DNA of 64,000 nucleotides from Eutreptiella sp. 'Long Island Sound 2002' (taxonomy: Eukaryota; Protista; Euglenida): assembly GCA_964036045.1 (NCBI GenBank), contig OZ038378.1, positions 184,574,001 through 184,638,000 on the forward strand, in the 5' to 3' direction. The notes under the pieces were generated by a model. That model was not told where the DNA came from, ran no database searches, and saw only the letters and a program-made list of their open reading frames with translations. The position numbers and the translations under genes were made by a program. Below, one piece after another: positions 35,707 through 48,839 of the stretch (its first letter is position 1; every line of letters begins with the position of its first letter).

Positions 35707-37098
35707 AAAAGGATGTCTAGGATGCAGATTTTTTTTGGGGTTGGAGATTTAAGAGTTACAGGGTTGTGAACGCTGTTTCAGGTGAGGGGTGCTAATCAAG
35801 TGTATAAGTGCTTGCGTGGGAAAATCGCAAGGCAACACCAGAAAATTGTGACCACACACGGCCGGAAGCAGCACAACAGTCGGCCTTCATTGTATTCATG
35901 CATCTCAAAATTGTTCTTTTTTTTTGCAGATAAGCAATGCGCGCGCAGGTTCCCCTTGACTGAAGGAACATGCCTTTCTCACCCCATTGGGATAACATGG
36001 TTGAGGGATGTGCAAGTGGACCTTGTAATTTGCAATAATCTACCCTAGCTAGACGTAATTGCTACCTTCCCTTCCCATAAGACATCATGCAAAATGTAAT
36101 AGGCCACAAACCTTCTTCACATCCTTTGTTTGGCAGCAAAGGAAAGCCTTAGACATGCCGTCGTGTTGCAAGGGAAAGCCCACTTGCCCAGTCTAAACAT
36201 GCCCTCTTGTAGGTCCTTCAATTCATCCTCACAAATTCTAACTTCCAAACCCCTCCCAGACTTCTGTGTTTGCTGAATCTTGAGGTCGGAGCATCCCATA
36301 CAGACATACAAACAAGGGACACGTTCATCAATAATGGGATGAAGATTCACACCCAGCGGCTGCCCGGCAGGACCCCGATTGACACGTCAGAGCACACCAT
36401 GAAAAGCTTGCTTTTGCAGTGGGTTGGCATGAGGTGCGATGAACGGGGCAGCAGATCGTTTCATCGGGGGTGATGTTGCTAAGTGAGGTCCAAACATGTG
36501 ATTCAGTTGAGGAGCCGCTGCCTCTGCCTCGGGTTATCCTCTTGGGCCCCCTGGCAGCTAAGTTTTGCCCCGCAGCAGTGCATAGCGAACCAGTGGTCGC
36601 AATGCAGCAGGTGGACAGTGCTGACGACAGTGTTGTTGACGTGCCGGCTCGTCCTATTGTTAATGCCGCACTTGCCCAGGCTAGAGTTGATTGCGCACCT
36701 CCCCCTCCCGTTGCCCAAGCCCCACAGCCTTCCAGAAGGGAATGGCGGGCAAAACAAGCGACTGAACGCGAGTTGAGGGCTGCCAAATGCACTGCTTTGC
36801 TTTGTGCAAATGACTGTGAGGACCTCAGAGAATATTTTTTCTGCGTTTGTTCATATCAGTTTCTTGGAGTCCTGGGTTGCAACAAGTTTGTGAGAATTTG
36901 ACTCGTCCAGATGAGGTATTTGGTGTACATTGTAGTGCTGCCACCCCTGGATTGAGCACAAAGTGTGCCGGCTTCTCATGCCATAAAATCTCATGTGTAG
37001 CCACCACCTAATCGCAGAATTTTCACTGTGCTTTGTGGATTGCTTTCCAGAAGAACGATCCACTGTAGAATGCTAGCAAGTGTAGCATCACACCATAT

Positions 37099-37365
37099 GT
37101 GAGATTGTGCTGCACAATGCATTACACCCCACGGACGAAATTGGGTGCATACATTATCCTCAGCGCCCAGGACACTGCTAAACGATGGAAGTATAGAGGC
37201 TGGAGGGGGGTTTGTGGCCCTGTCACCATCAATGCACTGTGGGAGGAGGTAATCAGTGAGCTTGACAAAACCAGGACGCGGCGTACAGTGGGTCAAAGTC
37301 CCATTGTTCTTATGATGCCCATTCACAAGCCTTGTTTTGACCAGCGAATAATGTGCTTTGATTGA
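37099..37365 (+). pseudogene. Decayed RNase H fragment
   Basis: AKRWKYRGWRGVCGPVTINALWEEVI aligns with AQK..W..WVGSNGLVSHVDLWEEIL of the 62340-62870 relic. Confidence 0.45.
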
Positions 37366-40300
37366 GACAGGTGACACACCACACACACATAGACCCAGCA
37401 GCAGGTGGAGCATGCCTCAGAGGAAGGGTGGAGGCTGGTCCATGTGGATGGGTCATCAAAGCAGCCTTGGAAAGGTAGGAAAAATCGGGTGGGGGGGGGG
37501 GTTTGGGAGAAAAAGTGTTTTGGTATGCGATTTTGTCAGCCATGACACCGGGCTAGCATCGCTGGACCCAGATGCCAGGCTTTTCAGTGGCCAAGTCAGC
37601 TAAGGCACCAGGAATTCCGGAGTGGGGCTGGGCAAGCAAAGCACTGGGAATTCTGGACGTTGTCCATGCTGCCCAACATGAGGTGATGGGTTCTGTTCTT
37701 ACTAGCATCCAACACCAGGAATTGGGGGCCAAGCGGCTGGCTGCAACACCATGAATTTGGCTTCAAATCAGCAAGCAAGTTGCACCACCACTTGTTGTTG
37801 GCATGCAGCTGTGGCAAGTGTTGCTAGGAGTTGCGGAACTTTACAAGATCACATGCACCTTGATATTGTTGTGATCATGGACCCCTTGTTTGTGCGTGTT
37901 CTTGTTATTGACTTGGTCAAATGATGCTGGTGCACATATTGGCCTGCTGCTGACGAGCCTCCTCCTTCGACAGCTGTTGTTCTTGTCATTTGATCCTATT
38001 ATGGGGATATACAAGGAAGTGGGCCGTAAGTCATTGGATGAGATAGTCAAGATGGCCTTGTTTGAGAAAGCCACTCCGCAAGCGGTGTGTCTCATCTATG
38101 CAACCGTACCCTTTCGGCTGGCACCATGCTCTGAGTCTCATTTGGATTGAACCCGAAACCTTGAGTTATTCACACCCTGGTGATACAGCAGGTGTTATTG
38201 ATGATTCAGCCACAACAGACCTCCATAGTTTCTTTATGGTCCTGTGCAGTGTGTGAATGATGATTCCGCCGCATCCCCATCATGGTCGTTGAGGGACATG
38301 TGGGCAGAGCGCACAAGGCAAGGGAGCGTGGACACAATTAGGCACCAGGTGCGAATTTTCGCTGGTGGGGGCTTGCTTTCGCTTTTCATGCTTGTGCTTC
38401 ATGCCCACAGGGAAGCCCACGGGCGTGGCAGTCTCCTACTGCATATCCTGGTTTCAGACTCAGCTAATGCTCACTGCATTTCAGATCTGCTACCATATTT
38501 GTGTGACCATCGAAGAAGTGGACAGCTCTGATATTTGACTCAGAGAGGTTCCAAGAGGTCTTGAGTCCCATACACTGAGCAGGCTATGCCAGCTCATCTT
38601 GGTCTGGACCAAAAGAGAAAGCTTTCATCAGCGCTCTCTGCAAGTGGTGAGATCAATAGGAACATCGTGGTGCCATTTGTAGCCAGGTTTTTCACTCAAC
38701 AAAACTAAGCTATGCAGCCGTTTTTGCATGATGGGCCGTTGCACGTTGGCATATATGGAAATGAACAGGCGGCTAGATTTGTGGAGGAAGGGAAGGTGAG
38801 GCGTTGGGTGTGTTTCGTAGAGTGGGTGTCAAGCTGCATGGTCTAGGGTTAGAGGAGATGTCCAATGGCAGCTTGCGTGACCCGACCGGGGGGAGGGGGG
38901 GGTCTGTAAGGCAGTAAGTGGTGTGGTTGTGGCACAGATTGCTCTTGCCCTGACAGTCCCAGGTCGTTTAGTAGCGGGGATGCATCAGTGGAAGACAGGT
39001 TTCCAAGCGCTAACTGTCTGTTCCTGCAGCCCAGGGAGGCCAAGGAAAGGAGGGCACAAGTTTGGGGAATGTGAGCATGGTGCATGGCAGTGCTTGTCTG
39101 TAGCACACCTGTGCAGCCTGGTGTTGCACCCCGCACAGTCATTGCACAAAATGCCCTTGCAAGGGTATGAGGGAAACGAAGACGCGGTGCTCACAATGCG
39201 CATTGTAGGTGCGTATATATGTTTACATGAAACACTAGTTTGCCACCGACTTAATCCCTTTCAGGGAACTAGACCGATGGTACAAAGAAGTATGACCTGT
39301 ATTAGCTGCATTGGGTTTCATGAATGTGTTTTTTTTGGGTGTATGGAGCTGTGAGCTCTGCCTTTTTTGTCATTCTTGCATGTTCATTCCTTTGTTCGTT
39401 GAAGTGCAGCCCAGATTTATTTGTTTTGCTGTTTTCTTTCGTCCCCCAATTTTGTGACCGACAAAAGGCTGTGTGGCATCAAATTGGTCTTGAACCCGCA
39501 CAAGAAGCGGACAGAGGTAGAGTGGAGGCCTCCATTGTTGTATGCTCACCCCTCAGGCCACCGCATCCCTGCCACCCTGAAAATCTGACAGAAAATGCAT
39601 AAAATAGCAACTCTGAGCAATGAGCAAGCGGTGCGCATGCGGTGCTACACATGGTGCACATGGTGCACTTGTTTCCCTCCATGGTAAGGTATGCAAGAAC
39701 GCTGACGGTGTTTCAAATCATTGGCAGCCACTCCATCAGACTGCAGGGACACCCCTTGGCTCGATAATTTGGCCCCACAAAGGGGCAACACTGCAACATA
39801 GAGAAGCCCTTATCCCCCACCCCTACAAACCGGAAGTACCGACCAGCAAAAATGTATCGCACTGTTATGGTTGAAACACCCCCTCCCCTGGTTCCCCAGA
39901 TTCCTCCTCCCCTCCCTTCCAGGGGCTGTCAAACTGGTCATCCTGCCTCCCTGCACCCCCCCCCCCCCCCTTCCATGTGTGGAGGATTCCCCCCTGAAGA
40001 GGTGACCGAGTACGTGCACTCGGAAGAACCAATCGGCATAGTCACTCAGCCTTTATGGCGCACACACCCCTCCCGCCCTACTAAACGTCTTGATGCTGTG
40101 CTGTATGCAGACACCGCTCTGAAAAGCAGGAAGTTCTCACTCATTTTCCCAAACCAATTTGCATCAACATTGCTCCGGCTTCTTCACCGTTCCCTCTTCC
40201 TTTTTAAAGTTCTGTGCCTTTGGTGGTTGCAATTCAGTAGTTTTAGTAGATAGGTTCACTTAGCACACCTTAATTCGGTCTCATTCCCTTTCTCGCTATC

Positions 40301-40408
40301 CTTTTTTCCAAAAACTGTCTGCTTCTCCCTTTTTTCCGGATGTTCTGTCCATGTGCATGAGCAGTGTGCCTCATATGGGAGATGACGTTCAACAGTGTCC
40401 CTACAAAG

Positions 40409-40558
40409 GCCCTGCACTCTTCATTTTCCTGCCAATGCTGTGAACGTGATTCAGGTGGCGCAGATGTGGCTGCATCATCATGACTATGCCATTCAGTACG
40501 TTGGGAAAGTGCTGTCGCGAGCCGCATACAGCGCACTATCTCCTCGGCTTCAACAGAA
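40409..40558 (+). CDS. Candidate exon of an uncharacterised gene
   Basis: Open frame PCTLHFPANAVNVIQ...VLSRAAYSALSPRLQQ ends at AA|GTATGC (phase 2), a donor type used twice in the calpain gene. The acceptor is weak. Confidence 0.25.
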
Positions 40559-41753
40559 GTATGCGTTTTGTGCGCTGTGTGTTCCAGGCATGTGTTTGGG
40601 TGGTACCAGGGCAGGCTGTTGGAATATCCAGCGGTGGGGTTTGGTGGTGATTCACGTGGCCAAACCGCCGGCTGGCTGGGTGCACTGATTGTTAGTCAGC
40701 ACCATAAGGTATGTGCTATGGTGCTCCGGTCTGCTGAACCGCCCGCTGGTACCAGCCCGGGATCCTGTATTTGGCTAGCGGAGACCACCACCGCACAGCC
40801 CGATGAGCTGCAGGCCGTGGCGATTGTTGTTGCTGCGGCACGTTTACCACCTCCGCCACTTCCGGCATCCAGCTGGCATCCGCATCCCAGCATCCAGTTG
40901 GCATCCGCATGTCCCGAACAAAGCTCATCTTGCTCCCTGCTCTCGTTGGCCCAGATTTCCGCTCGGATCTGGATGAAGTGTTAATGCGCAGTCATGGGAG
41001 GGGGCTGGGAGGGGAACAGGGCTAGGCAGCAGGCATGAGAGAGGAGGGGAGGACAGGTGAGTTGCGCGCTCCTCCTGGTGCTCCCTGTCCAACTCCTCCC
41101 TACTCATACCTATCTTTCCATACCCGCTACAAGGCACTCTCTGATAACAAGGAATTCTGGGTCACCAACACTCGCTATCCAAGAAGAGCGTAGGATCACC
41201 TGCAGGCACAGTGCAATGTTTAGGAATTGCCCAAAAATTCAACATGAGAGCTGTTTCAGGTTTGGTTGGGGGCCATGCACCATACCCATGGAGATGGACT
41301 GGGCCACGAATCCCATCAATCCTCTAAATTAGGTCAACTCCCCCCCCCTTTTGCTGTGTTGCTGATCATGCTTTTTTTGTCATTGCAAATCCAACCAGTC
41401 AATCCTCTAAATTAGGTCTTACCACTCTCACCCAGTGTGGATGATGATTGCCCTATTATTCCTGCCCTGTCTGCCGCTCCCCCTGACCATCTCCACCTGG
41501 GCTGGCTGCTCTTCGCTGCGAGGAGGGAGGGCTGTTTGCTTGTAAGAGAAATGACAAGTAAAGCTGAAACAGCAAGTGAAGGGCTCCACAGTAGAACCTC
41601 GGGAGTGGGCAGAACAAACAAATACTATTCCCAGGGAGAACAGCAGATCAGTGCCCACAGGCAGATAGTCAGATAGTCAGAGGGTGCAGATATCAATCCA
41701 AATTGTGTTGGGTGGTGACAGGGGGCAGAGGGAAAAAGGCTTGTGAAATGAGA

Positions 41754-41979
41754 TATGGCATGATCTGCAGCGAGTCAAGAATACATTCATCATTGAGAAA
41801 AATGTGGGGGATCAAGTGTAGGAGTGAGAATGAAGGAGTGTATACATTTTCTGCCTCTTCTGCTTCTTCTTATGGCATGATCTGCAGCGAGTCGAGAATA
41901 CATTCATCATTGAGAAAAATGTGGGGGATCAAGTGTAGGAGTGAGAATGAAGGAGTGTATACATTTTCTGCTTCTTCTG
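41754..41979. repeat. Tandem duplication, period 117 bp
   Basis: tatggcatgatctgcagcgagtc... starts at 41754 and at 41871; the copies are nearly identical. Confidence 0.95.
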
Positions 41980-43099
41980 GGCTGGCGTGGCTCGTTTGGT
42001 GTCTGTAGCTGTACATGAGTGCACAAGGATGTCACAAAGTGTGAGGTGGGGGTCGATGAAAGATGGTAGGCTACGGTGTAGATGCAAACCCAGTGCTGCG
42101 GCCTGCTTGATGGTTGACTGCTCTTCTCCTATGCCTGCCCCCTTTCCGTTCCACCAAGGGATGCCAATCAGTCAGATGCTAGGAACCCTGCTGTGGCTGG
42201 GCTTCACATAAGGGGCCTTACACTCAAGCCTGCAGCCAGGCCTGGAGGGTTCAGAGATGGACCCCCCCCCCCCCACCCTTTTTTCCACCTCAGCACACTT
42301 TGGTGCACGCTGCAAATGGATGCTCTCATCAAAGTGCGTGGTGTACATGCAGGCCCTTTTTTTAGTGCCTCGCACACCCTCCCCCGGGGGGGGGGGGGGG
42401 CTAGCCTTTTCAAAATTGTGGGTGCCTACTTCAGATCCCCCCCCCCCCTGTCCCCCTGGGTGGGGGTGGGTCCATAGTGGGTAGGCTGCCTTTCAGTCCG
42501 AGCTGTAGATGACGTGTTATACTTTTGCTCCCATTTTGCCCTGGAGCCATTTTGCTCCCTGTGACAGCTCAACATGAAAGTTCTGTGTAAATGCGGCATG
42601 CACATTTCTGACCATGCCAATGACACTTGAAGTCTGGAGACTGCCAAAGTGATCAATAAAACGATTGGCATTGGTGGTTGGTGGGTGGCCAGGTGCCTCT
42701 TGGGTTCCAAACCCCCCCCCCCCCCCCAACCTTAACCTGGGGTGGGGGTAGGACAAGTGCTGTGCCTGCTTGCCAACAGTGGGTGCCTCCTTTCCCAGGG
42801 GGAGCGTTAGCGCGCCGGGCACGCGCCGGGCATCTTTTTTGACCCGTGCCCCACCGGTGACCTAGGGGGTGCACTAAGCGCAGTGCGCGCGCAGTGCAAC
42901 TATTTGCACGTCTAGCCGTCCTAGAACCCCATGCTTTGTGATACCATGGGCATTATCGTTGTTTGACAACGGGTATTTTGATGCTTCTTTCACATTCGGG
43001 ATATGGTATATTTGGATTCTCACCCAGTTTCACCCATTTTCATCCATTTTTTGCTCGTTTCCACTACATCCACTCCTTACTAGGTTGATTTCTCCCCAC

Positions 43100-43185
43100 C
43101 ATGGGGACCCCGAGAAGGTAGGGGTGATGTAGCCATTCCGCCCAACTTTGGGCCCCTGAGAAGGCAGGGGTGATGTAGCCAATGC
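43100..43185. repeat. Dispersed repeat with two ggggtgatgtagcca sub-repeats; related copies at about 7978-8000 and 61805-61885 in the opposite orientation
   Basis: Shared cccctgccttctcagggg / cccctacc...ggggcccaaa..tgggcggaat motifs. Confidence 0.7.
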
Positions 43186-43849
43186 CGAGTTTGCGCTTCG
43201 TTCTTGTGATGTGAGGCAGAAACGCCGTCCAAACCGCTTGCGGCTTGGGGACTCATTACCATAGTGAAATCTATGGGAAATGTAAAGGCAAAGTTTGTTA
43301 AGTACAATACAAATGTCATTTGGAGTTGATGAATTCACAGCTATTCCCTAATTATGCAACGCGCTTTGTAGGGAAGGTGCGCAGTCCATCATAGTCTATT
43401 TGGGGGGCCTTCTCCATCAGAGGGTAAATCTCGGGCTGAAGTCGGGATATTTAATAGAAAGGTAGCGCGCCAAGCAAACATTCCCCCCCATTTTGCCCCC
43501 CCCCCCTCCCCCGTTGGTAAAAGAAGCCCTGCGCACATCATAGAACAAACTGAGAGTGTTCCACAGCATGAAAATTCTCATGTTGGATCCCAGCATGCAT
43601 TTGCTTCCACTATCCATCTGATCTGTCTGTCCCGTGACAAAACCCTCATAAAGTGGCAGTCTGAGGACCATGACGTGCCCTCTCAGCTCAAGTGCACCCG
43701 AAAACCTGGGTTTTGGGAACATTTTTTAGTCATGGGAAAAACTTTTTCGGCGCCTTCAGCACATGCCATACACTGTGTACATATTGCTCCATGTGTGCTC
43801 CATATACCTTGTTTTCCAGACTACCATGCTCGTTGTCAATGTATTTCAG

Positions 43850-44066
43850 CTCTCCAGTCCCACCGTCGCCACACGCAAAACGTGAAGACGTAATTGACGC
43901 TTTGCTCTATTTTAGGTTCAAAGATGGGATCACCGGTCATACAAGGCAAAAAGCCTACAATGAGGCACAAAAGGCATATGCCACACTTTTTTTTAAAGCG
44001 TACCAATGGCCACACTGTTCGAGTTTGTTGCGTGGCACAAAAAAGGGCCACACGCGACCGGTTCAG
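43850..44066 (+). CDS. Candidate exon of an uncharacterised gene (module copy 1)
   Basis: Acceptor gtatttcAG|C (phase 2); SPVPPSPHAKREDVIDALLYF...TRQKAY...FFKAYQWPHC; possible GC donor CAG|GCGAGT. Confidence 0.4.
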
Positions 44067-44773
44067 GCGAGTCTAATTCTGACTGACAAGAAAGATCACT
44101 GTCATATGAGATGGTGAATGTCCCGCTTTGTTGTAGTTGTTGTGTATTGGTGAGATGTGGGAACCCTGAATCGACATCCAATGATGAATTTCCTTTGTTC
44201 ACGGCCGACAACATGACATTTCTATGTGCTGAGTTGTTCATTCTCCAACAATTTTTCTGTTCCCTGTGGATTGGGTATGTTCCGGCGGGGGGGGGGGACT
44301 TCCCCCCTCCCCTGGACCCCCTCCCCCCCCCCCCCCGCCCCGCTCAAGCAAGTCCTTGGGGGGGGGGGGCGGGACACGGGTGCCCTCCGAAGGAAGGAGG
44401 GGGGGGGTTGGGAAAACGGGCTGTGTGGGGCCCCTTGCTTTATGTGGTTTTTAGGAAAACTGTTGGCGGTAGAGGCTCCAAAAAAAAAAATCACCTCGAA
44501 GAGAGGTTGTTAGATCAAGCGCAGGCGCGGGCGTCGTATACCCCCCTTTTTTGTGGTCATTCGCGTAGCATACCCCAAGGCATGATATTTGATATCCAAC
44601 CCCTTGTAAAATCATTATTTTGCCCAATAAGACCATCCCCCAAAGGATTTTTTGATTCTGAGGCCTCTATCCCCTAAACCTGGATAACACTTTTTTGACG
44701 GGGGGCTGGGTGGGGGGGTCAAAAGTTTTTGCTGAGAAGGTTCCATGCAATGGGAGACACATTTGTGTCACAT

Positions 44774-44945
44774 CCACCCCCGGTCGAATGGTAACGCACC
44801 CAGCTGCAGATTTTTCGGTCGGCGGTTCGAATCCTGGTGCGTGGACGACGGCGGCGGAGCCGCTGCCGTATTGGCCGCACCAAGGTTCGAACCGTCGATC
44901 AAAAAGTCTCTGGCTGCCTGCATTACCATTGGGCCACTGCCAATG
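44774..44945. repeat. Imperfect palindrome of two tail-to-tail tRNA-like units
   Basis: Symmetry about 44858/44859 holds from 44782 to 44935. Each arm has an A-box-like (c/t)gg(t/c)c(g/c)aatggtaa and a B-box ggttcgaa(t/c)c(c/t). The plus arm has ctgcaga in the anticodon position. Confidence 0.8.
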
Positions 44946-47900
44946 CTGACGTCGGTTGTTCTCCCCACTGCTTGGAACCGTGTCTGCCACTGACAATAAG
45001 CCAAAGTGTGTGTTTCTGTCTGACTGACTGCTGGCCTGTCTAACTGACTGACAGCCTCTCTTTGAGGTGCACTGCCGAAGGCAATAGAATTTTCTGGCCT
45101 CTTGAGGGATATGTTTTTTTTGTTTTACCCTATGTATCTGTGCTCAAAATACTCAGAATTTTGTGGAGAATTCAAAAATGGGTGAAGAACACAACAAAAC
45201 CCGACCTGTGGATTGGACCTTGGCTGATGGAAGCTTGAGCTGAGGGGAAATTTTTTTTGAAAAAAATTAGCCCCACTTGTGTATGTTCAAAATGATCAGC
45301 GCTTCATGGGGATCATTTTGAGGTATGTATGCTGGGGTACCCACTGATCCCCCCCTGGGACCCTGGTGGCTGACCGCACGACCTGCTTACCCCCCCAATA
45401 TTGTCCCGGCACGGCGACCAAGGAGGGGGCTTTGGGAAAATGGGCTTCCATGTCACCCCCCTCCCCTTCACAAAGCAATTTTCTTCCCGCCTAGTATGTG
45501 CATCATGTGTATGTGCCCAATATCAAACCCAAACCTGATGCATGCCAGTGATTTGCCTACTCTTCACTGCAGCATCTGATTTTACACAGTCCGTTTTTCG
45601 TTATCCCAGTATTCCGTGACAAAGGGCTTTTCAATGTCATCGTCAATAACCACAGAGATCTAAGTATAGTCTCTCCATTGGGTGAGTATCAAAAGCAAGG
45701 AGATTTGGTTCAGGTGTGCACTGTGTGATGCTTTTGCATTTTTCATGGTTGCAACTGGCGGGGGTGCAGAACAGCATCAAGGAGACCCGATGTGTGTGCA
45801 AGGTGTTTGTTTCTGATCATACTCATGTAACATCAGCCAGACCTTTCAGCCAATTTCAGTTTCCTCCAGAGGACTCCTTTTCTGCTGTGTGTCGCTGGGT
45901 TAGCAGGGGTTGGTTATGGCCCCACTCCCCTTCTCCACTCACACACTGGGGAGGCCGAAGGCTCAAATACCTCCAGACACTTTGTGGAACGGTGGCAAGC
46001 CAACTAACCGAATGGGTGAGGTAGCCAGAGCAAGGAATATCTAATTCGCGGACGCGCTCCATTGTATCCCGGCGCATGTTGGAGGAGGTGGGGCAGCAGA
46101 TGCAAATGGGAAAGCCCTCAACTCCCTTGACAACAACAATCCCCAACATCACCCTATGACTGCACCATCACCACCCACCCAAAACATCCCCACCCATCAC
46201 TCTACACCACCCCCCAACTACCACCCCAGGTGGCACCCATGCCACACCCGGGAATGGACACACAATATACACACCATGAACACAAGTGGGGGGTGGCGGG
46301 TGGAGTGGGGGGGGCACATGATGCGCTCGCCACAAGGAGGACTGAGTGCGGGAACGGACAGGTGGAAGGTCGTTATGTGCCCCTGCTGGGGAAGCGACCA
46401 CGCAAGTGAACATCCGGGAGGCCAAAACCCGCCGCTGGGCAGGGGTTTCCCATCGCCAGTGAAGGGTGTCCACTTGGGCCCACCTAGCCAACGGCGAGGC
46501 CCTCCTCTATGTGAACCTGACACAGAGCAGTGAAACAGGGACAGTCCAGGGGCTCCGACAACCTGCCAAGGAAATGGAAGGGTGAATAGGGAGCTAAGGA
46601 CAGGCCAGGCAGGGAGAGGGAGGGCACTCAGTGGTGAGAGGCTGATGGGCACCGCCACCTACAGAGGGAGAGGGAGCAAGGAAAGGACAAGGACTAAGTG
46701 GTGAGAGGCCAACAGGCGCCACCAGCTGCAGACAGCAACATAATGAGGTGTCATGCCATGTCGAGTGCATTGCCTCAAGTTTGCATTTATCTTGGCATCT
46801 GCCTCTCCCAATTTTCGAATCTCCACTGAATAGATTCTCTCAGTGGTTCAGCAATGCTTTGCCTGGGACCCTTAATGTGCAGAGGGAAGCCCCAAAAGAA
46901 ATTCAGGGGCACCAGCTTGTCAGCTCTACACCTCTCTGCACAGCCTCACATGACAATGCAGTTTTTCACTGAGTTGCAGAAGAGCAAAGGGCTCGTGCTA
47001 ATGAGGTCAGAGATCAAAGACAAGGTGTGCAGCCATGGATGGCCCTTTCTTTCTTGTGTCAGTTTAGTTTGTTTGAGCGCCCTTGCATTGCGCTGCAGCG
47101 GCGGCATATGTGCTGCCGTAGATGTCCCTGCCACAATTCTTCTGAGGAGCTCAGGTCCAATGGCAGATACAGAGGGACAGAATGAAATGGCATGACCGCA
47201 CAATGTCTCAGACAGAAGATCACAGACAGAAGATCAAGAAACCACAGAATGGTAGTCTCCGACATTCCTCTTGGGAAAACCAAATTGAAGAAAAAGAACA
47301 GTTTTCACAAACCCCCAAAACAAGCCTGGAAAGACCCCGATTGACGTGACCACAAGCGCAACCGCTTTGTTGTAACTTCACCTTGCTGAGCCTTGCAGAA
47401 GGGATTTAGGAAATCGACTGACGTGCCACTAAAAATCCCAGTATTGAAGACAAGAGTCAGATATGCTCCCTGCAGCCAGGACATCATGCTCTCCTTGTTT
47501 TCAGCCTGGTCGAATCGTGCCATGCGTAGGCGCACACAATTCTGCCCAGTGCTTCATGCTTGGGCCTAGAGCACAAAGCGACCGATCCTCTCGCAAGGGA
47601 TGTATTATCGGATTTGGGCTGGAATCTTTCTGCATGAGACCATGAAATCTTGCGGAAAACTCGACAGCAAACCCCATCCAGATGATCCACAACCGCACAA
47701 TCCAAACCAGTGCTTTGCAATGCTGTTTTGCAAAGGAGAGATGCAAATTCCCCGCACACATTTCAGGACCCGTGTGCCTTATGATTAGCTTCACCATGTC
47801 AAAGCTGTGATTTCGCCTGCTGGACGGTGCTCTCATGGCATTATCCAAACATCAACCATCCTAGCTCTCCGGACTGTGGAGACCTTCCAGAGAGCTCCAA

Positions 47901-48547
47901 TTTTCCTGCTTTTCCATCCGGAGAGTCCGGAGAGTAAACAATTTTCTTTGCAAGGTCCTCTTCAAGGTTCATTTTGGGTGTTTAGACAAGGTTGGGCTTA
48001 AAGCTTTGCGGTGATGTCATTCAGGGTGTCCCCCTTAGTCCTTCACTATTGCTCTGCACTTCATTTTTCATTTGTTCCCTCTTTGTAAACGCACATGGTC
48101 CCACCAGCCTTTTGGCCACACAATGGTACATTGTACATTGCGAAGAGGGAAGTTATTCGGTCATCCGATTCACAAAGTTCCAAGAAGTTGCAGGAATGGA
48201 GGTTTGCCGGAAGATCTGGGGATTACTTTGAAACCTCAATACTCTGGTAACCGGAAACCACGCTGGGCCGATGTTGATCTTGTGCATATGTACAAATGTG
48301 CCTGCCGAATTCTTGCCATTCCACATTCGAGTGCTCATTTTCTTTTTGGAAAAGGGTGCAGTCAGACAAACAAGAGAATATGAAGGAGGGTACGCACAAG
48401 GCATATGTCTCCTTCTGCTTCAATGGTGTGGTCCCACCACCGTAGACCCTGAGACAATGTTCAAAGAGTTTTCCCAACGGCATTCCTTGTTGTGCTTCGT
48501 ATGTGAAATTGGGCACTTGCATACTATCTGTACCGTTATCAATTACC

Positions 48548-48650
48548 ATTTCCCCCCGCTTTTCACCGCTTTCCCCGCTTTTCCCCGCTTTCCCCGGCTT
48601 TTCCCCGCTTTTCCCCGCTTTCCCCCGCTTTTCCCGCTGTTACCGCTTTT
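48548..48650. repeat. About 10-bp minisatellite (ttccccgctt)n
   Basis: Direct reading, roughly 9 diverged copies. Confidence 0.9.
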
Positions 48651-48839
48651 ACACACCGTGAATGTCATCCGGAGAGGTGTGGAGATGGAGAGCTAGGATG
48701 CCTGAAATATTGCAGTGACGAGCGAAATTTGGGCTGTGCAGATTGCAATGTAACTGGCAACAATGAGCGAACAACGCTACACGCTGGGCTGATGGTCATG
48801 GTCATGATCAGGGATGTTGATTCAGATGCATACTTGGTG

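Noticed and set aside
44774-44845. Functional tRNA-Cys gene
   Set aside because: The T-stem and anticodon stem do not pair, the acceptor stem is only partly paired, and an internal TTTTT would terminate Pol III.
48100-48549. Actin-like VIDNGT, SUMO-like or SP-RING motif on the minus strand
   Set aside because: The matches are only a few residues long, and the apparent SP-RING pattern disappears when the frame is read correctly.
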